DNA of 64,000 bases from an uncultured Methanosarcinales archaeon (GCA_964637115.1 CAZWVL010000003.1:1-64000), one strand, 5' to 3'; shown: positions 25,630-35,579, numbered from the stretch's first letter. The notes: a model not told the origin generated them from the sequence alone. Program-made: numbers and translations.

Positions 25630-27012
25630 CTAATCGCGCTTCTTGCGAACCATCATGACAACAATCGCCACGATAGCAGCAGCAATCAACACGCTCAACA
25701 CTGCAAGCAATGCAACATATGCCTTGCTTTCTGTGAAGCTTGAAGATTTCTTCGGAGCAGCTTGCGCCTGACCTGAAGGAGTTACAGGAGCTTGTGGAAC
25801 AATAACAGTTGCCTGCTTCTTCGGCTCTTCGGTCGTTGTAACATCCGGTTCTTCTGCGCCACCACAGCTGCTGACTGTCAATTCGACAGAGCCTGAGTTG
25901 CTTGGTGCAGTGCCGTCAAAGTAGGTTTTAACGTCAACCCTGACAACGCCTGCTTTTGCATTCTTTGCAACTGGAATGTCGAATGTTGCTGATGTGCTGT
26001 CGTCCTTGTCAAGTTCGATGTTCTCGATTTTCTTGCTGAATGACAGGTCTGCAGCAGTCGTTTCAATTGCAATCTCATCCTCATCGCGCTTACCGCCGTT
26101 CAGGATGTTTGCTGAAAGCTTCACGCTTGAAGCTTCACAGTTTGAAACTGATGCAGGCGTCAGTGAAATCTGCCTGATTTGCACATCGTGGCTCAAACGC
26201 TCGATTTCCAAACGGAAGTCAAGCTGTTCACCATGCAATGCACCGTTGTCATCACGGCTTGATATTCTGACATCAATTGAGACTGAGCCATCATCAGCTT
26301 CATCATCAATTTCCATATCTGCAGTAATTGAATCTTCATCGCCTGCATCAAGGCCGTCAATGTCATCATCTTCATCTACATCAATGTCTGAATCAGATGA
26401 ATCGAGCTTGATATCGACGGTGTCGAATGAGACATCGCCAATCTTCTGGTTATTGGCATCGCTGTCGTCAAACAAGTTTTCGACTTCAACTTCCAATGAA
26501 CAGTCCATACCTGGCTTCAAGTTCTTGACACGGTCTCCATCGTCAACACTTTGGGACTTTGTATCGCAGTCAATTCTTGCTTTCTTGATTCTAAGCTGGT
26601 TAACAGCCTGCATCAAAATATCAGTTGAAGTGGTTTCAGTTGCACTGCCAACAGTGCCTGTTACTGATAAAGTTCCAATCTTGAGTGCTTTTTCTTCCAA
26701 AGAGGAAGCATCAACACCTGGGTGGTCGAGTGGAATTGTTCCATTAATCGTGTAGGCGACAGCTGAGTTTGCACCAATAGTAGTAGGACCTGAAATTGTC
26801 AAAGCATACTTGGTGTTTTCAGAGCCTCCGCCCAATGAGAATGTGACTCCTGACATTGCCACGCTGTTGTTGTTCGTAACTGTGAATGACGCAGCAACGT
26901 TCTTTATACGGTCCTGTTTATCGTTTCCGATAGTTGGACTCGATATCTGTATTGCACTTGCGCCAATAGCGAAAAGTGCGACCATCAATATTAACAATGC
27001 AATTTGTTTCAT
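25630..27012 (-). CDS. Membrane-anchored Ig-like/CARDB-type surface protein
   Basis: Signal peptide, beta-rich acidic domains, P/T linker, C-terminal TM followed by RKKR; paralog of 32978-35305. Confidence 0.75.
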   Translation of the reverse strand: MKQIALLILMVALFAIGASAIQISSPTIGNDKQDRIKNVAASFTVTNNNSVAMSGVTFSLGGGSENTKYALTISGPTTIGANSAVAYTINGTIPLDHPGVDASSLEEKALKIGTLSVTGTVGSATETTSTDILMQAVNQLRIKKARIDCDTKSQSVDDGDRVKNLKPGMDCSLEVEVENLFDDSDANNQKIGDVSFDTVDIKLDSSDSDIDVDEDDDIDGLDAGDEDSITADMEIDDEADDGSVSIDVRISSRDDNGALHGEQLDFRLEIERLSHDVQIRQISLTPASVSNCEASSVKLSANILNGGKRDEDEIAIETTAADLSFSKKIENIELDKDDSTSATFDIPVAKNAKAGVVRVDVKTYFDGTAPSNSGSVELTVSSCGGAEEPDVTTTEEPKKQATVIVPQAPVTPSGQAQAAPKKSSSFTESKAYVALLAVLSVLIAAAIVAIVVMMVRKKRD

Positions 27013-27103
27013 ACAATCCACCCCGAAGTGTTACTATAAGTCGACAGAAGAAAGGGTCCTATTTAAATATTTCGGTTTTGTTAGCATTGCGGAGTGGTAA
27101 AGA

Positions 27104-27547
27104 TTACTTTTTCTTTTTTGACTTCTGCACCTTCTCCGCTTCCTTTATTATATAGTCAGCGTCCTTTGCAGCGCAGTCAAGCTCTCCAATTTCGTGCATT
27201 GCATCCTTAACATCGCCCTTTTCAAGCTTGTGAACCTTGATGTCAAAGGCAATCTGCTCCTTAGTCTTAGTTGCAGACGCCTTTGATTTCTTGGCGTCTA
27301 TAATATTGTGTTTAGCGTTTTTTTGTTCTGCATTTGCCTCTTTGGAGAGCTCTTTTCTTGCACGTTCAGATGATTTTTCAATACTTTCTGCTTCACGCAT
27401 GAGCTTGTCAATCGGCTGGCCCGTACCCTTTGCACTCTCAACAATCTCTTTAGCGCGCTTCAAAGCTTCATCCATAGAAGCGGCAAGATGCAGTTCCTTC
27501 AATGATTTTGCTATTTGCTCAATACGCTCTTTTGCCTTCTTGTCCAT
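27104..27547 (-). CDS. Hypothetical K/E-rich helical protein
   Basis: 147-aa coiled-coil-like ORF. Confidence 0.7.
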   Translation of the reverse strand: MDKKAKERIEQIAKSLKELHLAASMDEALKRAKEIVESAKGTGQPIDKLMREAESIEKSSERARKELSKEANAEQKNAKHNIIDAKKSKASATKTKEQIAFDIKVHKLEKGDVKDAMHEIGELDCAAKDADYIIKEAEKVQKSKKKK

Positions 27548-27598
27548 AGTGCAAAGTGAAACAGAATACTATATTAATATTGCGTGCTGACTGTATGT

Positions 27599-27871
27599 AT
27601 GCTCACGCAAGAGAGAATAGACAAGATATTCGGCATTCTCAGGATAGTTCATACTTCTCATTGGAAAGCGCCAAAGCTGGAAGAAGTAGAAAGAGAGATT
27701 TCCCGAATTGGCGCTTATATATTTAGAGCAGGCAGGAATCCGTGGGTGGCAGATGTGAAAATTACTTCTGCTGGAGTGGAGTATGTTGTTAATTCTGAAC
27801 TGCCAGCAAGGATGAAAACGCACGCAGAAGGAATGAAGCAGAAGTTTTTGGAACTCATTGCAAGAATTTGA
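27599..27871 (+). CDS. Hypothetical protein
   Basis: ORF with ATG start; no recognised motif. Confidence 0.6.
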   Translation: MLTQERIDKIFGILRIVHTSHWKAPKLEEVEREISRIGAYIFRAGRNPWVADVKITSAGVEYVVNSELPARMKTHAEGMKQKFLELIARI

Positions 27872-27931
27872 TTCGGAAAGTTTCCAAGGTCGTACATAAT
27901 GTATTTATACAAAGAATGCTTCTTTATCTCC

Positions 27932-28135
27932 ATGCACAAAAAATATCATGTCTCAATCAGAAAAGGCGAAGACGGATTTTTCGTAGCCGAATGTTTAGAT
28001 CTTCCTGGCTGTATTTCACAGGGAAAAACCAAGGACGAAGCACGAAAAAACATACACGAAGCAATTCTTGTTTATTTAGAAACATTACGCGAGCACCACA
28101 TGCCTAAACCGCAGGTGGAGACTATCATTATCTGA
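27932..28135 (+). CDS. hicB: HicB-family antitoxin
   Basis: EDGFFVAECLDLPGC.SQGKT.DEA..NI.EAI..YLE. Confidence 0.9.
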   Translation: MHKKYHVSIRKGEDGFFVAECLDLPGCISQGKTKDEARKNIHEAILVYLETLREHHMPKPQVETIII

Positions 28136-28353
28136 CGCTACCTTTAATTTCTGGAGAACGCGTGATAAAAACCCTCACGCGATACTATGGATGGCAAGTA
28201 GACAGGCGTAAAGGAAGCCATGTCACGCTGATTAAGCACGGAAATCCTTTAATCATAACTGTTCCTCTGCACAACCAACTTGACAGAGGAATGCTCAGAG
28301 CAATTTTGAGAAAGGCAGGAATTGATGTTGAAGATTTTACTGAAAAGCTCTAA
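28132..28353 (+). CDS. hicA: HicA-family toxin, probable CTG start
   Basis: (M)TLPLISGERVIKTL..YYGW...RKGSHV.L ... VP.H..LDRG.L..IL..AG; the frame is open from CTG 28132, which overlaps the hicB TGA. Confidence 0.85.
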   Translation: MTLPLISGERVIKTLTRYYGWQVDRRKGSHVTLIKHGNPLIITVPLHNQLDRGMLRAILRKAGIDVEDFTEKL

Positions 28354-29433
28354 CTATTGCTCAAGTTTAACAAATTCGCCATTCTTTACTGTCTTGAAAA
28401 CGAATTTCTTATCAAAATTCCAGGTTTCTTTGTCAAAAGTCATACTGCCACCTGCGCCTGGATAATCTTTCAAATTCGTCACGAAATCAATCATGCATTG
28501 GGGATCGTACGTTGAGCAAGCATCAAGCGCTTTTGCCATAATCATCAAAGCATCATAAGAATCTACATGAACGATATTGGGCGATTCATTATATTTTGCC
28601 AAAAATTTGCGATGGAAATCAGTTTCTTCAGCAACTGGCAACGCATACACGACACCTTCAAGAGCAGGACCAGCAATACCTTTTGCTTCAGGTTTTTCAA
28701 TCTCCCACTCGCTCAAAAGAGGCAAATTAAGACCTACTTCGGCTGCTTGTTGGAAAAGTTCGCCACTCAGCGCATCTAGGATAACAACTGCATCAGGCTC
28801 AGCCTTCTTGATTTTAAGAAGCTGCGTCTTAACATCAAAATTTTCAGCCGTATAACTTTCAGCAACTGTCAACGAACCACCATGCTCTTCAAGATAGGAC
28901 TTTATAGAATCTCTATAGGCTTGTCCCCACTCATTATCATAATACAATATTCCGAGATTCTTGTATCCCTGCTTCACTGCATGTTCAGCAAGCAAGCTTG
29001 CTTCCTTGGTAATAAGATAACGCGTGTTGACCTTATATTTGCCGGTAAAGCCAAAATTGTCACCTGGTGAGATGATGAAGAGATTATTTTCCGTTGAAAA
29101 GTTGCCTGCAATAGTATTCTCACCGCCACAATATAGACCAACAACAGCCGCTACTTTGTCAATATCTTTGAACTTCTTAAGTGCCGAAATCATTCCCGGC
29201 AGATCAATGCACTTATCATCTTCGTAAATCAATTTTATCTTCTTACCATCAATACCACCAGCAGCATTGATTTCCTCGGCAGCCATGTCAAAACTTTCAC
29301 GCATATATTCTCCAAAACGCGCCACAAAGCCCGTGAATGGACCAATAACACCAACTTTGATCTCTTTTTCAGCCGGTGCACAACTAATAAGAAACAAGAA
29401 TAAAAATACTATTGATACCCGTAAACCACTCAT
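28354..29433 (-). CDS. ABC branched-chain amino-acid substrate-binding lipoprotein (LivK-like)
   Basis: Lipobox ISC; IKVGVIGPFTG..A.FG; EEINAAGGIDGKKI.L.YEDD.C. Confidence 0.88.
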   Translation of the reverse strand: MSGLRVSIVFLFLFLISCAPAEKEIKVGVIGPFTGFVARFGEYMRESFDMAAEEINAAGGIDGKKIKLIYEDDKCIDLPGMISALKKFKDIDKVAAVVGLYCGGENTIAGNFSTENNLFIISPGDNFGFTGKYKVNTRYLITKEASLLAEHAVKQGYKNLGILYYDNEWGQAYRDSIKSYLEEHGGSLTVAESYTAENFDVKTQLLKIKKAEPDAVVILDALSGELFQQAAEVGLNLPLLSEWEIEKPEAKGIAGPALEGVVYALPVAEETDFHRKFLAKYNESPNIVHVDSYDALMIMAKALDACSTYDPQCMIDFVTNLKDYPGAGGSMTFDKETWNFDKKFVFKTVKNGEFVKLEQ

Positions 29434-29483
29434 GGAGGAATATTGCTCGTTAGATTATTTAAAATTTTCTAAATTACTGTAAC

Positions 29484-30125
29484 TTACAAGCTGAGCAGCG
29501 CGGTAACGCGCTTATCATTCAAACTTTTCACAATCAAGTCGGCTTTTTTCAATTTTGAAGCAGGAAAACTGTTCAACACGGCAATGCACTTCATCTTCGC
29601 TCTTTTTGCTGCCGTAACGCCTGCAACTGAGTCCTCAATAACAACGCAGTCTTTTGGTTTAACTTTGAGTTTTTTGGCAAGCTTGAGATATAATTCAGGA
29701 CTTGGCTTGTGAGTTTTGACATCCTCACGGCCAAGAATAGCATTGAAGTATTTCTTAATTCCGAGCCTTTTGAGTACGATGTTAACTTCTTCATGGCTTG
29801 AAGAAGTGCCAATGCCAACTTTGAAATTCTTTGAGACACGCTTGACCAAGCTGATGGCATCAGAAAATGAAGGAATGGGGCGCTTTTTCAACAGATTGAC
29901 GACAATTTTTCTCTTTTCCCAGTATGACTTGCTAATATTGCACTTGATTCTTTTCTTTCTGCATAAATCACGGATGATGTCATCATCAAAACGTCCGAAA
30001 ATATCTTTCAGGTCAGACTTTGACAGCTTAATTCCCTTTTTACGAAAGAATATCTTAAACGCTTCAACGTGATGCGGCTCAGAATTTGACAAAACACCGT
30101 CCATATCAAATAAAACTGCCTTCAT
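29484..30125 (-). CDS. HAD phosphatase (beta-PGM/CbbY-like)
   Basis: FDMDGVL.NSE, KPSPE.Y, VIEDS..G..AAK.A. Confidence 0.9.
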   Translation of the reverse strand: MKAVLFDMDGVLSNSEPHHVEAFKIFFRKKGIKLSKSDLKDIFGRFDDDIIRDLCRKKRIKCNISKSYWEKRKIVVNLLKKRPIPSFSDAISLVKRVSKNFKVGIGTSSSHEEVNIVLKRLGIKKYFNAILGREDVKTHKPSPELYLKLAKKLKVKPKDCVVIEDSVAGVTAAKRAKMKCIAVLNSFPASKLKKADLIVKSLNDKRVTALLSL

Positions 30126-30892
30126 CTCCTGCGATGAGCCTCAATGTTGTAGCCGATAATTCCTACGACCATCAAGAACGCGAAAATAATTGTGGTAATG
30201 GCGTAAATGCTGACGCCAAGGAAACGCATGACGGGAATTAGATATGCGGTAGTCAAAGCAGCTGAAATAACCTCGATAAAGATAACTGCCGTCAACGCGT
30301 GCGATGCAATGCTGAGCATCTGCTTCCATTTCAAACGGAACTTGGACAATTCCATAATAATAAAGAAAAGAGTGCCGAAGACGAAAATAAGCAACAGGTA
30401 CTTCAGCCACATCCTGATGTAGAGCAGAATTGCGATGCCTGGCAGCAGCATAATCAGTATCATTGTCAGGAAGCCGCTCACTCTTGCCCTGTTTGCGCCA
30501 AAATCTTTCAACTGCTCACGAGGAATAGACTTGGTATTAAGGAAACGATACTGCACGTTGTTTTTGTCAATAACGAAAATTTCTTTTGTTAAAGTCAAGT
30601 TATTGTTCAAGTCAATTACAAGCCAAGGATTATGGCGCGGCACGGTAATCTTGTCAGTCTGCATTACATCACCATCAAGCTTGAAAGCGCTAAACTTTCC
30701 GAATTCCTCTTCCATAACGTCTTTCATCAGGAAAAGCTTAGGAATGTATAATAGACCGGCAAGAATGAAGGCGAGTAACAGAATCTTGCTCATATAGCCA
30801 AGACTCTTCCTGAAAGGCTTGTCGGCCAACTGCTTGTATCTTGGAGGGAAGAAAGACCAGACAACCTCTTTAATGAATTCTGGAACCTGCAT
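30122..30892 (-). CDS. Multi-pass membrane protein (DUF1189-like)
   Basis: P.RYKQLA....SL.Y motif, one N-terminal TM, soluble loop, several C-terminal TMs. Confidence 0.6.
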   Translation of the reverse strand: MQVPEFIKEVVWSFFPPRYKQLADKPFRKSLGYMSKILLLAFILAGLLYIPKLFLMKDVMEEEFGKFSAFKLDGDVMQTDKITVPRHNPWLVIDLNNNLTLTKEIFVIDKNNVQYRFLNTKSIPREQLKDFGANRARVSGFLTMILIMLLPGIAILLYIRMWLKYLLLIFVFGTLFFIIMELSKFRLKWKQMLSIASHALTAVIFIEVISAALTTAYLIPVMRFLGVSIYAITTIIFAFLMVVGIIGYNIEAHRRR

Positions 30893-30897
30893 GCGCT

Positions 30898-31392
30898 TTA
30901 GTTCTGTTTTGAGTTATTTAAAGCTTTTGAACAGAAAAATATTATGTCATGAGATTCCTCAACAATCTTAAACGGCCTGTGCTTCCTGATTTCAGCCTCG
31001 ATTGCCTTAAAGTTAACAGATTTCTTAAGAACCGAGATAACAATGTCCCTTTTTGCAACGCGGAACATCTCGGCAACAGCTTTTTTCGGATTTGCATGAT
31101 GGATGGCGGTCAATGAAATTACGATGTCAAAAGAATTGTCTGCGAATGGCAAAGCTTCCGCTGTACCTTGGATGACTGGAATCGTTGCTTGCTTGAGAAG
31201 TTCTTTTGACGGGTCGATGCCGGTTTTCTTGCACGGAAAGATTGAAAGATAAGAAGCAGTGCCGCATCCGACGTCGAGCAAAGAGTCAGTTGGCTTGATT
31301 TTCAAATTCTGCAGGATAATCTTTGCCTTCTGCAGTTGCTCCTCTCCGTGAAGTTTTTCGTAACTTGCAGCAATTTCATCGTAATAGGTCAT
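30898..31392 (-). CDS. Class I SAM-dependent methyltransferase
   Basis: LLDVGCGT, GIDPS..LL, GTAEALPFADNSFD.V. Confidence 0.88.
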   Translation of the reverse strand: MTYYDEIAASYEKLHGEEQLQKAKIILQNLKIKPTDSLLDVGCGTASYLSIFPCKKTGIDPSKELLKQATIPVIQGTAEALPFADNSFDIVISLTAIHHANPKKAVAEMFRVAKRDIVISVLKKSVNFKAIEAEIRKHRPFKIVEESHDIIFFCSKALNNSKQN

Positions 31393-31444
31393 ACTATCAA
31401 GTACATACACAACATTTAAAAAATGGTGCGACAAAACCAACCAC

Positions 31445-31870
31445 ATGGCATTACGTCAACCAGAATCAGTGGAAGAATGCGTTTACTTTACCAGACGCGC
31501 AGTAGATAAAGGATTTGTAATGTGCTGGGTTTTCAGGGAAAAGTGCCCAAAATGCGGCAAAGCAGAAATGGGCAAGCCAAGAGGCAGCGACGGCAAAGTA
31601 AAAATCAGGGCAAAAGAATACGTCTGCCCGGAATGCAATCATACAATTGAGAAAATGGAATATGAAGACACTTTAACTGCAAACATTTCTTACACGTGCC
31701 CGCACTGTTCCAACAAGGGAGAAACAACCATTCCATTCAAAAGAAAATCATTTGAAGGAGTCAAGGCACTTGTTTTCCAATGCGACAAGTGCAAAGGAAA
31801 AATACCAATCACGAAGAAAATGAAATCAGTCAGCAAAAAAGATGAAGCAGACGTGCCGGAAGACGAATAA
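31445..31870 (+). CDS. Multi-zinc-ribbon protein
   Basis: Four CxxC pairs (CPKC, CPEC, CPHC, CDKC) and an acidic tail. Confidence 0.8.
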   Translation: MALRQPESVEECVYFTRRAVDKGFVMCWVFREKCPKCGKAEMGKPRGSDGKVKIRAKEYVCPECNHTIEKMEYEDTLTANISYTCPHCSNKGETTIPFKRKSFEGVKALVFQCDKCKGKIPITKKMKSVSKKDEADVPEDE

Positions 31871-31873
31871 AAA

Positions 31874-32281
31874 TTAGAGTTTTTTTTGATTTTTCAAATG
31901 AATTATCAATGATTCTGGGGCAAAGGCACCTTTTACATACATTTCAAGCGTGACATCGTTTATTGAATCAGAGCAATAAATTGGCCTGCGGAGGGCATTT
32001 GCGTGTCCCATCTCAAAGACTGCGCTCTTTCCTGCATATCCGTTAGGACTCACGACATAGAGAAAATCTGAATTTGCTATTGCTTCCAGATGTCGATCTT
32101 CCAATTCTTTATTAGATGCTCCTTTAGGGTCCGATTCCAATAGGGCAAATTCTGCTCCTGGATTAATTATTCGTGACTTGCTTGGTGAAAGTACAACTAT
32201 TCCGTTCCTTTCAAATATCTCGTAGGCAGAACATATTTCCTGATAGAATTTCTTGAAACTGCCTGATATGGTTGCTTTCAT
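31874..32281 (-). CDS. Nucleoside 2-deoxyribosyltransferase-like (NDT-fold) protein
   Basis: ISGSF ... VLSP ... HLEAIANSDFLYVV...GY.G.S..FE.G.A.AL..PIY. Confidence 0.65.
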   Translation of the reverse strand: MKATISGSFKKFYQEICSAYEIFERNGIVVLSPSKSRIINPGAEFALLESDPKGASNKELEDRHLEAIANSDFLYVVSPNGYAGKSAVFEMGHANALRRPIYCSDSINDVTLEMYVKGAFAPESLIIHLKNQKKL

Positions 32282-32311
32282 GTCATCCCTAACTAATAAT
32301 GATCCTTTGCT

Positions 32312-32542
32312 TTATTTATTCAACTCATAGAGTCCGAGTACGCCCATTGTGTAACAGCTGCACTTTACCGCCTCAAGCGCAGCACAAGCAATAAAAGCAT
32401 TCCTCTTTTCTGCGGGAGTGTAATTTTTACTATTAAAGTCTTTGCGCATCTGAACAAAAGACCAAAAGGGAATCAAATCTTTCAAAGTTGTCTTGTAAGG
32501 AGATTCCTGTGCGCGTTGTTCAAGAGGTTTTTCTTCTGGCAT
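32312..32542 (-). CDS. Small membrane-associated hypothetical protein
   Basis: AGGTGA SD; hydrophobic C-terminus. Confidence 0.6.
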   Translation of the reverse strand: MPEEKPLEQRAQESPYKTTLKDLIPFWSFVQMRKDFNSKNYTPAEKRNAFIACAALEAVKCSCYTMGVLGLYELNK

Positions 32543-32545
32543 AAC

Positions 32546-32968
32546 TCACCTATGACGCGTTTTGTCTGATGGACTTGATTTATAAAGAAGGTGAATTTTT
32601 TCCAGACGGTAAAGTGGTCCTTGAATAGATGTAAGGTCAGGTTTCGGGAGATCTTTTAATTCGCGTTTTGAACTTTCATCACGCACATAAACTGCTCTGT
32701 GATCGGGAAGCAGTCCGCCAAAAGTATCAACAGCTTGAGATCTTACCAAAACTTCTTTATTGCCTTGAAGAACATATTCTATGCCTAACCTCTTATTCTC
32801 AAATTTATCAGCCTGCACTTTTTTAAACGCTTTTGATTCTTCAGGAGTCAAAGGCCCGCAAGGTATATCGCGAGAGTCTTTGTTAATCAAAAATCTCCAA
32901 CCTTGAGATGTGAGTCGCCATTCATCAATCATTTTGCCAATGTTGACAGGGTCAGAGTATTCTTTCAT
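32546..32968 (-). CDS. Hypothetical protein
   Basis: AGGTGA SD; no recognised motif. Confidence 0.6.
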   Translation of the reverse strand: MKEYSDPVNIGKMIDEWRLTSQGWRFLINKDSRDIPCGPLTPEESKAFKKVQADKFENKRLGIEYVLQGNKEVLVRSQAVDTFGGLLPDHRAVYVRDESSKRELKDLPKPDLTSIQGPLYRLEKIHLLYKSSPSDKTRHR

Positions 32969-32977
32969 TTTAATCAC

Positions 32978-35305
32978 CTAGTAATAGTCTTTAGATTTAA
33001 AGTCTTCTACAGGCTTGTCGTCTTCAAACTGCTCTGCCATAGGGTCTTTAGGTTTCTTGAAGTAGCCATAGCCCATAACGCCAAGAACTGTCAAAGCGAT
33101 CAGGTTAGCAAGTACAAGAATTGCAGTCAAGATTGCGCCAGTAGACCAGCCGCTTGAAGTTGTTGGTTCAGTTGCTGGAGTAATTATAATTTCATTCTGT
33201 GGAGGCTGCTGAACAACAGGTTGAGGTTCTGGTGCAGCTTCGGTGCATTTGGTTATCACAATATCGGCTGATTTTGACTGTGATGGAACAACATTGTCAT
33301 AGAATGACTTTGCAGTTCCCCTGAAACTGCCAATGGCTGAGTTTTCTTTAACAGGAACACTGAAAGTAACTTTCGCCTCTTCGTTCTGGTCAATTGACAA
33401 TTCATCAAATTTCTTGACAAAATTCAATCCGGGAACAGAAAGTTCAACAGCAACACTTTCCTCATCTTCGCGGCCAGTGTTTTCAACATAAACAGTAACG
33501 TCAACACGAGTATCTTGGCAGTTGTCAACCTTTACAGGGTTAACGGTAATCTTGGTAATTGGCAGGTCGTGCTTCAAACGCTCAATGTCGAGCTTGAAAG
33601 AGAACGTATCGCTATGAGACTTGCCATTTACGTCCTTGCCTTCTGTAGTAATAGTAATATCGACTTTTCCATCTTCTGCTTCTTCATCAATCTTTAATTC
33701 CAAAGTCTTTTCTTCCTCATCGCCGGAATCAAGACTTGAAATGTCGGCAGAATCGCCATCAACATCAGAGCTGTCTGTTTCAACTTCAATATCAATATCT
33801 TCCAAATCATTGTCGCCAACGTTCTCAACCTTGACAGTCAAGTAACACGTTTGGTCAGGACCAATGTTGTCAATGGTCTCGCCATCAGTAACAGTTTCCA
33901 AGGTTGTGCAAGTAAGCTTGACTTTCTCAATTACTAATGCATTCGCAACACCCTTTGCTTCCATGGTAACGGATGCAGATGCAGTTACAGTTGAAGGTGT
34001 GTTAGTTGTAGGCGTGCTGTTGTTTGATGGTGTGTTGTTGTTTGTTGGCGTACTGTTTGTCAAAACAGTCAAGTTTTTCGGACTGCCGTTCAACAGAGGA
34101 TTGTCGCCACTTGGAGAGTTAATCGCTAAAATATTGAACGTGTGATTCCTTGAAGTGTTCAAACTTGCAAGATCTGCAGCAGTGAAAGTATAACTAAATC
34201 CGTGGTTGCCTGAAACGTTCAAGCCAGTTTTAGGCTGGTTTGCTTCAAGCTGCTTCCAGAAAGTTCCATCAACCCAGACATGCACGCTAATTGAAGGTGC
34301 ATTGGCGTCGAAAGCCCAGCCGGACAAAGAAGTCCAGCTAAGGGATTCGAACGTTCCTATCGGGAGGGAATTTGTAGGAGTATGATCAATAGGCAAGTAG
34401 ACAACATACATAGAACCGCTATCTATAGCAGCACCTGTGTAAGAGAATGCTTCTGGAACGCCATCACAAGAGTGAGGACCAGTGCTTACTTTGCCCAAAA
34501 TAACGCCGCCAGTTGGAACTGTTTGAATTCCACCGCCACAAGCGTCTTCTGCAATGACAAGAATTAACTTGCCGTCTGCATTTGGATTGGTAAAGAAGCC
34601 CATCCATCCAGAGTCTGCTGAAGGAAGCTCAAGCAAATTGTCACATAAGCCAGGGCCTGTGTGTATCTTTCCACCATTTAACCAGTTGTTTGGAGGATTC
34701 TGAGACTGTTCGCCACAATCAGCTGCAACAGTGCTCACCCAGTAATCGTTTAACTTGTCAGAGTGCAATCTTGCCCAGCCAGCATCAACTGCGCCTTGCA
34801 AAGGTTGGTTAACCTGAATGTCGGTTTTCCAATCACAAGAGCCAGTGTGCCACTGACCAATAATTGAGCTGTTCAAAGCGGGAGTGTTTTCGCCGCAATC
34901 ATTCGCAGCGCTCATTCCAACAGGAATGACTACCAACTGAGGTGTCTGGTTTTGAGGAGGTGTTTGTGCAGCTGGAGTGCTTGCAGTAACAGTAACAGAG
35001 CCAATCTGCTTTTTGCCAGCAAAATCCTTAGGAACAAAGCCTTTGATGGTAACTATTGCAGAATTTCCTGGTGCAATAGAGGTTGGCTTGTTTTCAAAAG
35101 TAATCTTGTACTGTGAATCAGCATTTGAAGTTATAATAAAGTTTGACAAAACAACGTTATCGTTGTTTGTAATTGTAAAAGTTGCAGTAACGTTAGATTC
35201 TGGGTTTGCAACAGAACTGCCCAAAGCAGGGCTTGAAACCTGCAAAGCAGTAACAGTGCTAAGACAGAATGCAAATATCGTCCAAAGTATGAGTAATTTC
35301 CTCAT
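32978..35305 (-). CDS. Large membrane-anchored surface protein with inserted repeat and Ig-like modules
   Basis: Signal peptide; N- and C-terminal domains homologous to 25630-27012; ~330-aa insertion; C-terminal TM. Confidence 0.8.
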   Translation of the reverse strand: MRKLLILWTIFAFCLSTVTALQVSSPALGSSVANPESNVTATFTITNNDNVVLSNFIITSNADSQYKITFENKPTSIAPGNSAIVTIKGFVPKDFAGKKQIGSVTVTASTPAAQTPPQNQTPQLVVIPVGMSAANDCGENTPALNSSIIGQWHTGSCDWKTDIQVNQPLQGAVDAGWARLHSDKLNDYWVSTVAADCGEQSQNPPNNWLNGGKIHTGPGLCDNLLELPSADSGWMGFFTNPNADGKLILVIAEDACGGGIQTVPTGGVILGKVSTGPHSCDGVPEAFSYTGAAIDSGSMYVVYLPIDHTPTNSLPIGTFESLSWTSLSGWAFDANAPSISVHVWVDGTFWKQLEANQPKTGLNVSGNHGFSYTFTAADLASLNTSRNHTFNILAINSPSGDNPLLNGSPKNLTVLTNSTPTNNNTPSNNSTPTTNTPSTVTASASVTMEAKGVANALVIEKVKLTCTTLETVTDGETIDNIGPDQTCYLTVKVENVGDNDLEDIDIEVETDSSDVDGDSADISSLDSGDEEEKTLELKIDEEAEDGKVDITITTEGKDVNGKSHSDTFSFKLDIERLKHDLPITKITVNPVKVDNCQDTRVDVTVYVENTGREDEESVAVELSVPGLNFVKKFDELSIDQNEEAKVTFSVPVKENSAIGSFRGTAKSFYDNVVPSQSKSADIVITKCTEAAPEPQPVVQQPPQNEIIITPATEPTTSSGWSTGAILTAILVLANLIALTVLGVMGYGYFKKPKDPMAEQFEDDKPVEDFKSKDYY

Positions 35306-35453
35306 TGTAGTCACCTTTCAGTGATTATAATGGAGGAGATATATAAATGTTTCGCTTTGTAGTCACTATTAGGTGGCTACAAATTTGAGAGTGAGGTTAA
35401 TTATTTTCCATATTGCAGTAAAATTGATATAGAACAATGCGCTACAATACTAT

Positions 35454-35579
35454 ATGGTACACCTCGGCGACCCTGCAACAAAGCTCAGATGCCCAAAATG
35501 CAAATCAGTGCACATTGACACTGCTGAAGAGAACACGGTACTAATATGCCTGGAATGCGGGTATGAGGGGAAAATATAA
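35454..35579 (+). CDS. Small zinc-ribbon protein (41 aa), not in ORF track
   Basis: Hand translation MVHLGDPATKLRCPKCKSVHIDTAEENTVLICLECGYEGKI*. Confidence 0.65.
   Translation: MVHLGDPATKLRCPKCKSVHIDTAEENTVLICLECGYEGKI

Noticed and set aside
25559-25633. Purine-rich + strand micro-ORF LERLREELEELRKIRKNPEKRKNN with an imperfect 21-nt tandem repeat
   Set aside because: Only a TTG start, 24 aa, no SD; it may be a remnant but is not supportable
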